From contig CAVZSQ010000013.1 of assembly GCA_963777955.1 (NCBI GenBank), forward strand, positions 224,001 to 288,000: a stretch of 64,000 nucleotides of DNA. The letters are read 5' to 3'. This document shows positions 42,561 through 52,257 of the stretch, piece by piece. Source of the DNA: Calditrichia bacterium (GTDB lineage Bacteria; Calditrichota; Calditrichia; JAJRVZ01). Made by a program: the position numbers and the translations under genes. The notes beneath the pieces were generated by a model. It ran no database searches. It had not been told where the DNA came from and saw nothing but the letters and a program-made list of their open reading frames with translations. Position 1 is the stretch's first letter. Each line of letters begins with the position of its first letter.

Positions 42561-44705
42561 CTATTGCAATTCCACAATTGCCAGTCCATAGAGTTCCACC
42601 TTCGGAATGTGCAGCATAATAACCCCTGCACCTGTTTTAAAAGGGATCTCCTGTACAGGTGAAAGGTTTCCACTAAACTGTACTTTTTTGACCTGTGCCC
42701 CGGCAGGTATCTTGACCTGCACCGCTAAATTTTCCACAGGGGTAATGGTACCATCGAGAGTCACGTCATAATTTACCAGCTGCACCAGTAAATGATTCTT
42801 TTGGGTCTGATGCATGGATGTGATCTCCACATATGGTGCCGGATTCATCAACCGGGTAATCTTAATATCGGGAGATTCTAATATCTTATAAACAATCCTG
42901 TCCAGAATCCTGCGCAGCTGGAAATCGATCTTGCCCCTGGTGTATCCTTCCGGGATATCAGGAAATACATCCGCCATCGCCGGGCCAAAAGTTGTGGCAG
43001 CGGATTTTGATTGCATTTGGACCAGGAACTTGTTTTCCGGCATGGTTACCGGCAAAAAAACCAATTTCCCTTTACCCACGTTGTATCTATTTTCACTATC
43101 CGGAAATTCTTTCAGTTTCATCATCTGCAGAAATACATTCTGCTGGTTTGGCAGATTGAATTCATTTTTTATTCCACTTGTTCCCAGCACTATAAGAGTA
43201 CCACCACTCTCAACAAATTTCTTCAACACTTCCTGCTTTTGCAATGAAAGCAAGGGTAGATAAGGAATGATAATCAGGTCACAGCCTGCCAGACGATTAT
43301 TCACCAGATCATCCTCCACAACAAATACGTGGCTGATGCCCCGGTCTGCCAGAACGCGTGAGGTACTGAAGGCAAAACTTATTTCATCGGCCAGGTACTG
43401 CTGCAGTGAGGCCAGGATGGCCACATTGCTGTTCAGTTGCGCCCCGAGCAGATAAGATTCATTGGCCGCAAGAAAGTTATACATGGCAGTGGCACCGGGA
43501 GGTGTTTCCCTTTTTTCACGGAAGATGGTATGATTCGCCACAGCCTCGGCAATATTGATCTGAGCCATGGCACTAAGGCACTTCTCGGTCGGATTGGGGA
43601 AGATCGGCGCTGTAATCTCGGTAGCATAAATAATCACCGGCTTTCCGTGTGCTGCCGCCGATAAAAATTTCAATGCCGGGCTGTTGGTAATTTTCATGCC
43701 CTGTTCATTCTTCCGCGGCGCGCTATCCAGATATTCCTGCATTTCGGAGTAGATAAAATCGTCATAGCCATCACTCCCGAGCATCTCCATATTTCCGGCA
43801 GCGTCATAAGCGATCGGTCCATAGCCGAATCCCCCAAAGACATTACCGGCAATCATGAAATAAGGATTGATCTCGCGGGCCGCCTGGCGCAGTTTTTTGT
43901 GGAACTCAGCAACAACATGACAGCGAAATGTAATCCACTCCATCCAGAATTTATCACCCCGCTTCTCAGGAAGTTTAATCTGTTCGTATGCGGCTGTACC
44001 GTACTTGGCCAGGGCCACCTCGCTTGGCAGGTTCTCCTTTAGATAAGCAATAAAATTTTTATGGGTATAGGGACAGTAGCAGGTTCCGCCGGCAATATGG
44101 GTCCAGTCAACATAGGACCCGTCAATTCCGGTAGCAGCCTGCTGGCGGATTTTACCCTCCATCAGGCGAACATAGTACGGATTATCCGGACAGCCCCAGG
44201 CTTCAAAACCACCGCCGGTTTCCCTGCCATATGGTGCGTAACGATAATGAGGAAATGAACCATCCGGGTGCACCATCATCCAGGTTGTCGGATCTGCTTC
44301 AGGTTTAGGTCCGATGATGTCCTTAAAATTATCCCACGCTTCATTATAAAATTTTAACATATCGATCTGCTCTTTGCGCGGCTCATCTTTATTGGTTGCA
44401 GTTTCACCGTTCAAGGAAGTGGACAGATACCGTAATACGATGTATCCTTTATCGTGATAGTTTTGATTGAATACTTTGGCCTCGCTTATTTTTTTCTCGA
44501 ATTCTTCACGAGGCATAGATTCAAAATTAGGCGCACCGCTGCCAAAAGTGATAGTCATATGATTTCTGGCTAAAAATTCCAGATCGGCTTTTTGTCCCAG
44601 CCGCCAGTGTCCCCAGTCAGCCAGCGGCTGCCAGTTATTTTTTTCCTGTCCATTCGAAATGCAGGTCAGTAAAAATATCAGACCAAGGCAAAGAAAATTC
44701 TTCAT
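42561..44705 (-). CDS. Exported glycoside-hydrolase-like protein (GH42-like domain arrangement)
   Basis: Signal peptide; CPDNP, GIDGSYVD, CYCP, GATase-like FVESGGTLI, C-terminal LVNYD. Confidence 0.65.
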   Translation of the reverse strand: MKNFLCLGLIFLLTCISNGQEKNNWQPLADWGHWRLGQKADLEFLARNHMTITFGSGAPNFESMPREEFEKKISEAKVFNQNYHDKGYIVLRYLSTSLNGETATNKDEPRKEQIDMLKFYNEAWDNFKDIIGPKPEADPTTWMMVHPDGSFPHYRYAPYGRETGGGFEAWGCPDNPYYVRLMEGKIRQQAATGIDGSYVDWTHIAGGTCYCPYTHKNFIAYLKENLPSEVALAKYGTAAYEQIKLPEKRGDKFWMEWITFRCHVVAEFHKKLRQAAREINPYFMIAGNVFGGFGYGPIAYDAAGNMEMLGSDGYDDFIYSEMQEYLDSAPRKNEQGMKITNSPALKFLSAAAHGKPVIIYATEITAPIFPNPTEKCLSAMAQINIAEAVANHTIFREKRETPPGATAMYNFLAANESYLLGAQLNSNVAILASLQQYLADEISFAFSTSRVLADRGISHVFVVEDDLVNNRLAGCDLIIIPYLPLLSLQKQEVLKKFVESGGTLIVLGTSGIKNEFNLPNQQNVFLQMMKLKEFPDSENRYNVGKGKLVFLPVTMPENKFLVQMQSKSAATTFGPAMADVFPDIPEGYTRGKIDFQLRRILDRIVYKILESPDIKITRLMNPAPYVEITSMHQTQKNHLLVQLVNYDVTLDGTITPVENLAVQVKIPAGAQVKKVQFSGNLSPVQEIPFKTGAGVIMLHIPKVELYGLAIVELQ

Positions 44706-44717
44706 ACCACTCCCCCC

Positions 44718-47069
44718 TTAATAGGTAATGATCAATTCAGCCTGATCTTTAAATTCAGGCAGGTTAACCATATATTTGTTCTCGTTATTTATAATTTCCA
44801 CATTTTTTGAATTAAAGATTACAGTTTTTGGAATTTTTTCAGAGTGAAAAAGGATGGTCCGTTCTGTCGTATCACCGGGTTTCAATACCAGGGTAAGGGC
44901 AGAACTTTTTTCCCGGCAGTCGATCAACGGCATGGAACAGCGGATTAAATTAAATCCCTTGGTATTTAATTTTCTTAATATCACTTTTCGATCTGAGTTA
45001 ACAGCTCCCCGGATCAGGTGATCACCTTCACGATTGTTTTCCTGTTCATCGGCATTCAGCAGAACGTATCCACCCTCACCATAAAAATGCAGGCGTGCTT
45101 TACTGCGGGTTATCACCGACACGATCAGATCATCCCCGGACTTCTCGATGGCCGGCATATGCTTGGAAATATAGGCCAGGTGCGGCTGACGGTAATGTTC
45201 AACGCCCAACTGTACCTCGATGGTATTTTTACCTTTCTTTAGATCCGGCAGGATGATCAGTTGATCGGCAAAAGCGAAATGTTCTTTATTGTTGATGGTT
45301 ACCTTCTGAATATACTGGTCGGTGTTGTCCAGTTTTAAACCCATACCGCCGATGAAATAAGGAATAGTATCCACCCGCACAGGTGAAAGATCCAGGGTTA
45401 TCCGTAGTTTGTTAGCGGAAGATTCCCAACTATAATCCCACTGGGCCATGGCCCGCAGTTTGTTGGTCAATTCCAACGGCGTCGGACAATAGATATCACG
45501 GGTGGCAAATTTTGTTTTAATGGCATCATACATAGCCAGGTTATTTTTATTCATGATGCGGGATTTGCCGTATTGCGGCTGGGAGGTGATTGAATAATCA
45601 TGCCACATCTGATTATAGATGATCCCGCGCCCGATATTATCGAACATATGATCAAATATCGCTTCCTGATAGGCCGTGATTTGAGCCGTGGTATAACTCC
45701 AGGTCGGGTCATAAAACCACTGGTAATCAGGGGCCGGGGTATCTTCAAGAATGACCAGATTTTTGTAGGATCCGGTGAACCAGGTCATATTGCCAAAGCC
45801 GACAGGCATATCCTGTTCGAAGCCATGCGTCATATAGAAGATAAACCGGCGGGCGATCTGCTCGTAGTTTTCCATGTAAATGGTATTTCCCGGATTTATG
45901 AAAAATTCCACCTTACCCACCGGAAAATCGTAATCCGCGGTATTGAATTCAATTTCCTGGATGGCATCATCCAGTTCTTCTTTCCAGCGTTGTTCATTCA
46001 TCTCTTTGTTTATATGATGAAATTTGCTGTGGGTACCGATTTCACCGCCGGTATTCTCTATTTTTTCCCCCAATGGCGCCAGATCCTGCCAGCCGGCTTT
46101 TGTGGCCGAACTTGATACCCAGGCATAAACCGGGACCACTCCGCTTTCCCTGGCAATCCGCTCCAGGTAACTGATTGTCTGAATCTGGGCATCCAGGTTG
46201 CCGCTGGCATCGGCATCCAGGCGGATGATGGCGGTCAAATTGGCGTTGGATACCTGGGGGACCGGTATCGGTAAAGTGACATCTCCATATACAATCCACT
46301 GCAAGGCCCTGATCAGGACATTAATTAATTGATTAGCGTAAAAAACCTGCGGCTGATTGTTACGGAAAAACGAAGCTGCACCGGCCCAGGTAGCAAAATC
46401 ACTGATTAAAAGTACCCGGCTGTTTTTTATATTCCCTACGGATAAAAATGGATTGCTCTTCTTTTCATCAGTGGCAATCAATAAAGCTCCCTGGCCGGTT
46501 TTGAAACTAAAGATATTCAGACCATTGACCAGGTGCTGGGTAATAAACTGGTTCGGTTCATAGCAGCGGGTAATATAATGATCGATACTATTGATCTTTA
46601 TGCGATAAGTCGAATCCCCTTTAAATCCGGTGTACTCGATTCCCAGCAGACTATCCAGATCATCATGCTTCCGTGATTGCGCCGACTCATCATATATCGC
46701 CAGAGGTCCATCAATAATCAAATGTCCGCCGGTGCTCAGATATTTTTTCAGAGAACTTACCATTTGTGGATATAATTTTTCTTCAACGTAGGAACATTGG
46801 GCCAGGACCAGGGCGGTATAGCGTGAAAGTTGCTGGTTTTTTGGCAGGTCATTAAGAAAAAGGCAATCATAGGGAATTCCTGCCAGGTTGGCAATTCCTG
46901 CCCAGCCATGAGCGGTCATCTGAGTAATACCCCAGCGCTGCTTATAACTCGTTTCGTCGATCACGATTCCGATGCGGGGGGAATCGTACTTGACCTGAGC
47001 ATAAACCATGCTCTCTAAGATTAAAGATGAAAGAAATAAGATTAAGACAAGATAGAATTTTCTGCTCAT
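44718..47069 (-). CDS. Exported polysaccharide-deacetylase-like protein (GATase-like + NodB-like barrel)
   Basis: Signal peptide; AGIPYD; IIRLDAD and EIGTHSKFH metal-binding-type motifs, MWHDY. Confidence 0.6.
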   Translation of the reverse strand: MSRKFYLVLILFLSSLILESMVYAQVKYDSPRIGIVIDETSYKQRWGITQMTAHGWAGIANLAGIPYDCLFLNDLPKNQQLSRYTALVLAQCSYVEEKLYPQMVSSLKKYLSTGGHLIIDGPLAIYDESAQSRKHDDLDSLLGIEYTGFKGDSTYRIKINSIDHYITRCYEPNQFITQHLVNGLNIFSFKTGQGALLIATDEKKSNPFLSVGNIKNSRVLLISDFATWAGAASFFRNNQPQVFYANQLINVLIRALQWIVYGDVTLPIPVPQVSNANLTAIIRLDADASGNLDAQIQTISYLERIARESGVVPVYAWVSSSATKAGWQDLAPLGEKIENTGGEIGTHSKFHHINKEMNEQRWKEELDDAIQEIEFNTADYDFPVGKVEFFINPGNTIYMENYEQIARRFIFYMTHGFEQDMPVGFGNMTWFTGSYKNLVILEDTPAPDYQWFYDPTWSYTTAQITAYQEAIFDHMFDNIGRGIIYNQMWHDYSITSQPQYGKSRIMNKNNLAMYDAIKTKFATRDIYCPTPLELTNKLRAMAQWDYSWESSANKLRITLDLSPVRVDTIPYFIGGMGLKLDNTDQYIQKVTINNKEHFAFADQLIILPDLKKGKNTIEVQLGVEHYRQPHLAYISKHMPAIEKSGDDLIVSVITRSKARLHFYGEGGYVLLNADEQENNREGDHLIRGAVNSDRKVILRKLNTKGFNLIRCSMPLIDCREKSSALTLVLKPGDTTERTILFHSEKIPKTVIFNSKNVEIINNENKYMVNLPEFKDQAELIITY

Positions 47070-47092
47070 ATGAGGATCACCTGTTAATTAAA

Positions 47093-48775
47093 TTATTTTT
47101 TAGCACTGCCGGCTGCGGAGCCACAGGCTTCATAGATACCCGTGACAGGATCGGCCAGCAGCATAACTGCTCCGCCGATTCCACCCCGGCTTACCCTAAT
47201 TTTATGACCACGCCTTTCCAGATCTTTAATTATTTCCGCCGATATATCTTTATTTACCATTAAACTTGCCAGATCCGGAGGATCCTGTCCGAAGGATCCG
47301 ATATGATGACGGGTGGCAAATCGCGGTGCTGCTATTGCCTCATCGGGATGCAATCCAAACTCGATATAATCCAGAAGGAGTTGCAAAGCAGCCTGATCCT
47401 GCAGATCACCGCCGGCTACGCTGATCGCCAGAATTGGTTTATTGTCCTTTAACACCAATGTCGGCGTCAAAGTAATGCGGGGACGTTTACCAGGAGCGAT
47501 ACAATCGGGATGGCCGGGCCAGGTATTAAGACTGACCAGCCGGGTTCCATGAATAATACCTGTTTCACCGGCACAACCGGCAGTGGAGCCCAGTCCACTC
47601 GGAGTGGCGGCAATTACATTTCCCCAACGATCGGCGACGCAAAGGGTGGTGGTGCCCCCCTGCACCGGCACATACCTGTTTTTACCTTTTATCGCTTCCA
47701 TTTTTATCGGATCACCCGGAGCAATTTCTTGTGAGGCTATTTTCATATTTATCAGGGAACGCCGGAGCAACGTGTACTTTTCAGACAGTAATTCCCTCAT
47801 GGGAACTTTTACGAACTCAGGATCACCATAGTATTCATCGCGATCGGCAAAAGCCAGTTTCATGGCCTCGGTAACCAAATGGATATAGTCGGCACTTGCC
47901 CGGCCCGGACCTTTCAGATCAAATCCTTCCAGCAGGCGCAACGATTGTAACAGAAACGGACCCTGCGTCCAGGGACCGCATTTGTAGACATTATAGCCTC
48001 TGTATTCAACCATTACCGGTTCTTCGATCCGGGTATGGTGGGCAGCCAGATCCTTTTTCCGTAAAAATCCGCCCTGTTCACGGTACCAGGCATCAAGTTG
48101 ATCGGCAATTTCTCCCCGGTAAAAACAATCCGCGACCGCTTTCAGTTTATCATTTCTGCTACCGGAGGCTGCCTGTTCTGCTGCGCATAATTTCCGCAGC
48201 GTATGCGCCAGTTCGGCATACCAGTTACGCCCGGTTTCGATCGTATCACCATTGGATGTATCTCTATACCAGGACGGCCCTCCGGCATCGAGCAGAGCGA
48301 GAGTAGGAGTTACCGCCTGCTGAAAAGTAATAGTACCGAATTGCTGCAGAAGCACCACGATCAGGTCCACAACCGCGGGTACGGCAGCCAGACGAACACT
48401 GTTCCCCGTAATTCCGTTTTTCATGTACCAGTTGATCGCAGCTGTATCCAGCGGCGCGCCCCCCTGTCCCGCTAATACCATCACATTTTGCCGGGCCGCA
48501 TCGTATACCAGAACCGGCACTTCACCGCCTATACAGAATGCCCCCACCTGAACCACACTTAAGGTCAATAAGGAAGCAGCTGCTGCGTCGGCAGCATTAC
48601 CGCCGTTTTCCAGGATACTGAGTCCGGACTCGACCGCCGCCGGTTTTCCGGCTACCACGATACCCAATTTGCCGGAGGCAGAATGATCAGCACCGGCAGA
48701 ATAAAGCGACTGAGACGTTAGCATAATTATTACCAATAGAACAACAGGATAAAAATTAAGTTTAGGTCTATTCAT
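47093..48775 (-). CDS. Exported gamma-glutamyltransferase-family Ntn hydrolase
   Basis: GGNAADAA, FYRGEIA, EAMKLAFADRD..YGDP, nucleophile region GTTTLCVADRWGN, PGKRPRITLTP. Confidence 0.92.
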   Translation of the reverse strand: MNRPKLNFYPVVLLVIIMLTSQSLYSAGADHSASGKLGIVVAGKPAAVESGLSILENGGNAADAAAASLLTLSVVQVGAFCIGGEVPVLVYDAARQNVMVLAGQGGAPLDTAAINWYMKNGITGNSVRLAAVPAVVDLIVVLLQQFGTITFQQAVTPTLALLDAGGPSWYRDTSNGDTIETGRNWYAELAHTLRKLCAAEQAASGSRNDKLKAVADCFYRGEIADQLDAWYREQGGFLRKKDLAAHHTRIEEPVMVEYRGYNVYKCGPWTQGPFLLQSLRLLEGFDLKGPGRASADYIHLVTEAMKLAFADRDEYYGDPEFVKVPMRELLSEKYTLLRRSLINMKIASQEIAPGDPIKMEAIKGKNRYVPVQGGTTTLCVADRWGNVIAATPSGLGSTAGCAGETGIIHGTRLVSLNTWPGHPDCIAPGKRPRITLTPTLVLKDNKPILAISVAGGDLQDQAALQLLLDYIEFGLHPDEAIAAPRFATRHHIGSFGQDPPDLASLMVNKDISAEIIKDLERRGHKIRVSRGGIGGAVMLLADPVTGIYEACGSAAGSAKK

Positions 48776-48867
48776 TTAAATCCTCTGCTGCATAATATAA
48801 TTTTTAACTGAAGAAAACCGGCTTCCTCCTGCTCCCGGCAGCACTCTGACTTGTGCAGAATAAGTTT

Positions 48868-50124
48868 TCAGACAGAATATTCCGGTTTCCAGATTTCTAT
48901 GCTGCCGCTGCGCATGGCACGATTAGCCATATGTACAGATACTGTTGCCTGGCGTCCACTTTCGGCATTGGAAACAGGAATTTTATTATTCTGTATGCAG
49001 TCGGCAAAGTGAAGCATGGCCAAGGCACTCGTCTGCTCGTCCCCTTCCGGCTGATTATCAACTTTGATATCCACCGGTTTTCCTTCTTTCCAGGTCTGGA
49101 ATGTCGCGCCGGTCACTGCTTCATACGATCCGGTTTTGGTTTTTGTCTCTTCCTCTTTGGCCACGAGCCTGGGTTCGGCAAAAAAGACCGACTTTTGTCC
49201 TTCCTCGTTCCGGATCTCGATCGTTCCCAGGGTGCCCATGTACTGCAGGGTAACGCCATAATGTGCATTGGTGGTGATAGAAGTGAAAATAGCCTTGACG
49301 CCTCCGGGATATTCGAAAATCGTATTCACATTATCAAATGTTTCCCGGCCGTCTTTCCAGTAATCAATGCCACCGAAACCGGTTACTTTGAGAGGGTGAC
49401 TGTCCAGCATCCAGTTGGCCACATCGATATGATGAGAACATAGTTCGGCCATCAGTCCACCGGAATATTCCCAGTACATCCGCCAGTTAATCAATCGTTC
49501 CAGATCGGGCTGCGGTACCGGCCGCCGCCAGTCACCGTTGCGATGATAATTACAGCGGATATGAGTGATCTGGCCGCAGTACCCGCCTTGAATCATTTCA
49601 CGGATTTCCTGAATTAAAGGATTATTGCGCGTCTGATATCCTACCTGGAACACTTTGCCGGATTGTTTAACCTGTTTAACCAGATCCAGCGCCTGCTCTA
49701 TGGAATGAGTCATGGTCTTCTCGCAAAAGACATGCTTGCCCGCGGCCAGCGCGTCAAGCGCCATCTGATAATGCAGATATAAAGGAGAGGCGATCACGAT
49801 GGCGTCCAGATTTTTATCCTCCAGCATCAGACGATAATCGCTGTAACCTCTTGCTCCCGGTGCGGCTTCCTTCAGACCATCCTGCAGATGTGCCGGTAAA
49901 ATATCGCAACAGGCAGTGACGCGGAGTGATGGAATATTTTTAATTATATAGACCAGCCATGCTCCACGATCTCCGGTACCGATTACGCCTGTATTGATAA
50001 TTCTGTTGGCCGGGACCAGCTGGTTTTTTCCGGGTAATTTCAGCATTCCCAGTCCCACTGCAGCAGAGGTCATGACACTGCTGGCCAGAAATTTACGCCG
50101 ACTTATTTTGGGTGACATTTCCAA
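48868..50124 (-). CDS. Tat-exported Gfo/Idh/MocA-family NAD oxidoreductase
   Basis: SRRKFL twin-arginine, GVIGTGDRG, HVFCEK, QVGYQ, NWR.YWEYSGGLMAELCSH. Confidence 0.92.
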   Translation of the reverse strand: MEMSPKISRRKFLASSVMTSAAVGLGMLKLPGKNQLVPANRIINTGVIGTGDRGAWLVYIIKNIPSLRVTACCDILPAHLQDGLKEAAPGARGYSDYRLMLEDKNLDAIVIASPLYLHYQMALDALAAGKHVFCEKTMTHSIEQALDLVKQVKQSGKVFQVGYQTRNNPLIQEIREMIQGGYCGQITHIRCNYHRNGDWRRPVPQPDLERLINWRMYWEYSGGLMAELCSHHIDVANWMLDSHPLKVTGFGGIDYWKDGRETFDNVNTIFEYPGGVKAIFTSITTNAHYGVTLQYMGTLGTIEIRNEEGQKSVFFAEPRLVAKEEETKTKTGSYEAVTGATFQTWKEGKPVDIKVDNQPEGDEQTSALAMLHFADCIQNNKIPVSNAESGRQATVSVHMANRAMRSGSIEIWKPEYSV

Positions 50125-50159
50125 TACCCCTTACATTATATTAAGTATTCGAATCAGAT

Positions 50160-52200
50160 TCACTCAATCCACAAGATGGCTCCCTTATCGATGTCCGGCA
50201 GTTTGACGGTTAACACACCATCCGCGAACGTTCCGTCGATTTCCTGCTTGCTGCCCAGGTAGGGTAAGAAATAAATTTTATGATCTGCAGGTGCATTTGC
50301 ATTTATTTTAATCTCCACGCCGCTCTCAGCTATTTGCCTGACAACTTCACGCCCTTTAAGTCCTTTATAGTTTGCCATAAAAACATGTATCCTGCCTTCG
50401 ACTAACGCCGGCTGTGCTATCATATATGCGGAAGCGGTTACCTGGATTGCCGGTTCAAATTTCAAATCGTTCGTCAGGCTGGTCAGAAAATCGCCCCGCA
50501 TCTTCGCCAGTTGCTCATTAGCGGCGCCCGTCCAGGCAGTCGAATCAAACCCCTGCCGGACCGCCGCCAGGTAAGCGGTAGTCTGGCAGCGCCGGATCGT
50601 AGATATACTCACCGGTCTTGATGTTTCGTGTTGCAGCATCCGGCACACCCAGCAGGGCAAGCAAAGGATTGTCCGGACGATTTTTTCCCGTTTCATCATA
50701 TGTCCCGCCGCCAGGCCCGCTGACGAAAAATTTTCCCCCTTTTTGTTTATACTGCTGCAATCCGGATATTTCCCCTGCCGAGAGGCATTTCACATCCGGC
50801 AGGATCAAAATTTCTCCGCCAAAGCCGGAGAGTGTCCGCGGCGTGACAATCTGAAATTCCTGATGACCCTGCAGTAACAGATGCATGATTCCGGTATATT
50901 CCTTGTTAAATTCATCAGCAAAATAATCGCGGGTTTTATTTGAAAAATAGACACCGATGGGCTTAACTGCCTGACGCGGCAGGTAAAGAGTTTTCTCATT
51001 GGCAGCGATCCAATCCATAATCACCTTGCGGGTGGGATAATCGTTGGAACCGGACATGACATGCCCCTCAGCGTCCCAGAAATTGGTGCCGGCCATAACC
51101 TGAGCCAGGGCTAGATTTTTCATCGCTTCTTTGGGATCGACTTTGATATTCCTGCTCTTATCCCAGGAATAACTCAGCATCCAGGAGGCCTTGCCTTCGG
51201 CAAAAGCACGGAAGGAATACATTCCGGTCATATAAGTGAACCAGCTTGACGGATTGCGGGTGGATGAAGATCCGCCGGCGCTGTATTCATGAGCGATCAC
51301 ATCCACATCCGGATACATATCATAGACATCGGCGCCGACCCGTACCGCTTCTTCCCCATAACCAGGATAAATCTCGGGGATGGTCATACATTTGGGATTA
51401 GTTGCTTTTACATTGTCATCGATCTCTTTCATAAAAGCGGTCAATGTTTTGATCCGGAAATCTATCCATTTGCGGAAATTGGGATCGTTGAAATCGCCCA
51501 ATTTCAAATCCTTTTTCGCATCCAGACCGGTTTCTTTTTTAAAGGCCGCCACGGTATAATCGTCAAAACTGGCCCAACTGTCTTCCCAACCGTCAAAATG
51601 GGTCATCCAGTAGGGGATATCCACATACACACCATCGATCCCGGTGGCAGCAATCTGTCTGACCCGCTCCATGTAGATTTTTCGCCATTCCAGGGCATAG
51701 GGACTGATCCAGACATCCTCATCCCCTTCATCGATCCAGAATGCCGTGCCGCCGCCAAAGATCGCCGGTTCACCGTTGATCTTCCGCTGCACCCAATCGG
51801 GATGATCCTTGAAAAAAGAATGTTCTGTTTTATTGGCATTTGCGGTGATACATTCCAGACCGGCAATATATACGTAGGCATAATTGCCGATGGCATGAGC
51901 GGCATCAGCAATCGCTTTTATGGCTTCGAGTTTTTCAGCCGGATCCAAAAAACTCTCATAACGACCCGGAATATCATTGTCAGTTTCAATACCAAAAAGA
52001 TTGGTTTCCTGCGCATCTTTAATTATTTCAGGCACAATAGCCACGCTGAGGCCATGCCCGGCCGTACGGACAAAATGAGTCCAGTTCTGCGCGGGTGCGG
52101 CTGCGATATTGGTCTTACTTTCCCTGCTGGTGCAACCCGACAATAACAATACAAATATCAGCAGCAGTAATATCCCATAATAAAATTTATTTATTTTCAT
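50160..52200 (-). CDS. Lipoprotein, uncharacterised glycoside-hydrolase-like; paralog of 34149-36194; frameshift near 50580
   Basis: Lipobox LLSGC; RTAGHGL, GRYESFLDPAEKL, GIDGVYVDIPYWMTHF; C-terminus (RIHVFMANY...KGAILWIE) lies in ORF 50160-50699. Confidence 0.7.
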
Positions 52201-52257
52201 AGTCAACCACTCCTTTGACGACAGAGACTATTTGTCCCCTTAGGTAAATTTCTTTTC

